Part shown: one piece after another, positions 6,508 through 7,728 of the stretch
How positions within the stretch are numbered: the first letter of the stretch is position 1
Layout of the letters: every line of letters starts with the position of its first letter
From: Octopus sinensis
Taxonomy: Eukaryota
NCBI RefSeq assembly: GCF_006345805.1
Contig: NW_021828762.1
Coordinates: 1 to 7,728, forward strand
Direction: 5' to 3'
Length of the DNA: 7,728 nt
Program-made: the position numbers and the translations under genes
The notes under the pieces: generated by a model
Told to the model about the DNA's origin: nothing
The model's database searches: none
What the model saw: only the letters and a program-made list of their open reading frames with translations

Positions 6508-6540
6508 CAATCGTGGCCAAAAGTTTGGAAAATAGGTCTG
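6508..6540 (+). mobile_element. Orphan Tc1-like terminal inverted repeat (left end)
   Basis: TA (6506-6507) followed by CAATCGTGGCCAAAAGTTTGGAAAAT resembles the CAGTCGTGGCCAAAAGTTT termini of Tc1-like elements (recall). No partner TIR is found in the window. Confidence 0.55.
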
Positions 6541-6622
6541 AAAATTAAAATTTTTTATATAAAATTCCCAAAGTAAGCAATTTGGTGGAAAACTATATTT
6601 TTGATTTTGCCTATTTTTTTAG

Positions 6623-6654
6623 TCTAGTTATTGAACTAGTGGATCAGTTATTAG
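6623..6654 (+). other. Candidate 32-nt micro-exon
   Basis: Acceptor TTTTTGATTTTGCCTATTTTTTTAG ends at 6622 and donor AG|GTAAGT starts at 6655. Only one of three frames is open (x-LVIELVDQLL-G). There is no transcript evidence. Confidence 0.35.
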
Positions 6655-6720
6655 GTAAGTATGTCTCTATGGTGTATATATTTGAATTGTACTTGATTTG
6701 GATTGTACTTGAGATAACAG

Positions 6721-6762
6721 TACATACATACATACATACATACATACATACATACATACACA

Positions 6763-6794
<32 letters not shown>

Positions 6795-6920
6795 ACACAT
6801 ACATGCATAGACACACACGTATATATACACACATATCGACAGAGATATATATGTGTACGTATGTGTGTCTGTGTGTATGTGTGTGTGCGCGTGCGTAGTT
6901 GCGTGTGTCTGTGTGTCCGC
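6721..6920. repeat. (TACA)n at 6721-6790 followed by (CA/TA/TG/CG)n compound microsatellite
   Basis: Read directly. Confidence 0.95.
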
Positions 6921-7080
6921 ACTTTAGTAATTGTTATTTCCATGTGGCTTACAATGTTGTCTAGGCATTTGTGCGTCGTGGATTTCAGTAGAATTTTCAC
7001 ATCAATAGAGATCTTATAGAGGATTAAATGGAGATTATGTGTCTTATTTTCATATTAAAACAAAGATCTTGTCCTGCATA

Positions 7081-7192
7081 GATGTATGTATGTATTTATA
7101 TTAAATATATATATTATATAATATATATATAAATATATATATATATAAATGCATACACGCACCACACATAAAATACAAATGTGTGTGTGTGT
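7081..7192. repeat. (TA)n-rich compound microsatellite
   Basis: Read directly. Confidence 0.9.
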
Positions 7193-7313
7193 TAATATAC
7201 AGAAGAAAATGCTTTCAGAGCTCCATCAAGGACAAAAGAAAATATTTACATTTTTATCAAATTCTGCTACCGGTTTCAACACCTTACGCACATATATATG
7301 CACACAGAAATGT

Positions 7314-7315
7314 CG

Positions 7316-7366
<51 letters not shown>
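7314..7366. repeat. (TA)n(TG)17(CG)n perfect alternating purine-pyrimidine tract
   Basis: Read directly. Confidence 0.95.
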
Positions 7367-7469
7367 TCGTTTGCAATATGGCCGAGTGATATGAAAATTA
7401 CTTCGCAATCAGGAGGCCCTATGCTTATGTGAGTGAAACGGGAGAAGAAGACTGTGGAAGTTCATGGAA

Positions 7470-7650
7470 TAGGCTGTAATTGTATTTCAAAGGTCCAGTT
7501 TTGCTGCATTGTGTCATGCTGACTCTTAGTGAAAATAAGATTAAGATACGCCTGTCTGCGGAATACTCAGCCACATGTGCGCTAATTCAATGATCCTGAT
7601 AGCATACTTGATTAAATAAGTGAATAGTCATGGTCGCAAAGGCAATTTCT
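7470..7650. mobile_element. Possible degenerate interspersed repeat fragment
   Basis: TTTCAAAGGTCCAG...TGTGTCATGCTGA...GTCTGCGGAATACTCAGCCAC resembles an octopus interspersed repeat as I recall it. There is no second copy in the window to confirm this. Confidence 0.3.
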
Positions 7651-7666
7651 GAACGAGATCCATTCA

Positions 7667-7684
7667 TATATATATATATATATA
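7667..7684. repeat. (TA)n microsatellite immediately 5' of SINE-B head
   Basis: Read directly. Confidence 0.95.
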
Positions 7685-7728
7685 GGCGTAGGAGTGGCTG
7701 TGTGGTAAGTAGCTTGCTTACCAACCAC
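7685..7728 (+). mobile_element. SINE-B 5' head (tRNA-like, A box), truncated by the window edge
   Basis: GGCGTAGGAGTGGCTGTGTGGTAAGTAGCTTGCTTACCAACCAC has the A box TGGCTGTGTGG (7694-7704) and matches 696-719 and the reverse complement of 1081-1156. Confidence 0.85.

Noticed and set aside
6582-7019. 145-aa ORF
   Set aside because: It is mostly (TACA)n/(TG)n translation; only the 32-nt splice-flanked piece was kept as a candidate.
7368-7392. TTGCAATATGGCCGAGTGATA as the right TIR partner of 6508
   Set aside because: Similarity to the expected reverse complement is too low to support.

Overview
This is AT-rich, repeat-saturated eukaryotic (animal) DNA, most likely intronic or intergenic. I recall the SINE sequences as octopus/coleoid cephalopod tRNA-derived families; that is from memory, not a database search. 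No intact protein-coding gene is supported. The listed ORFs are translations of microsatellites, SINEs or a broken transposase. Contents: (i) 1-1600 is a dense SINE cluster with five copies of one ~230-bp tRNA-headed family ('SINE-A') in both orientations, two of them in head-to-tail dimers. One copy is nested with a perfect 16-bp target-site duplication inside the head of a second family ('SINE-B'). (ii) 1600-4830 is almost entirely micro/minisatellite, with about 2.4 kb of strongly pyrimidine-biased + strand. (iii) 4840-5060 holds old, diverged SINE-A-like copies. (iv) 5399-6501 is a fossil mariner (Tc1/mariner, DD34D-type) transposon with both TIRs and a frameshifted, internally deleted transposase, not captured as such by the ORF track. 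(v) An orphan Tc1-like TIR follows immediately, then a candidate 32-nt micro-exon with consensus splice sites (6623-6654). (vi) More microsatellites follow, and a SINE-B head runs off the right edge. I found no convincing wholly new system. The best leads are the SINE multimer junction rule, the nested insertion, the micro-exon and a strand-biased G-to-A pattern in one SINE copy.
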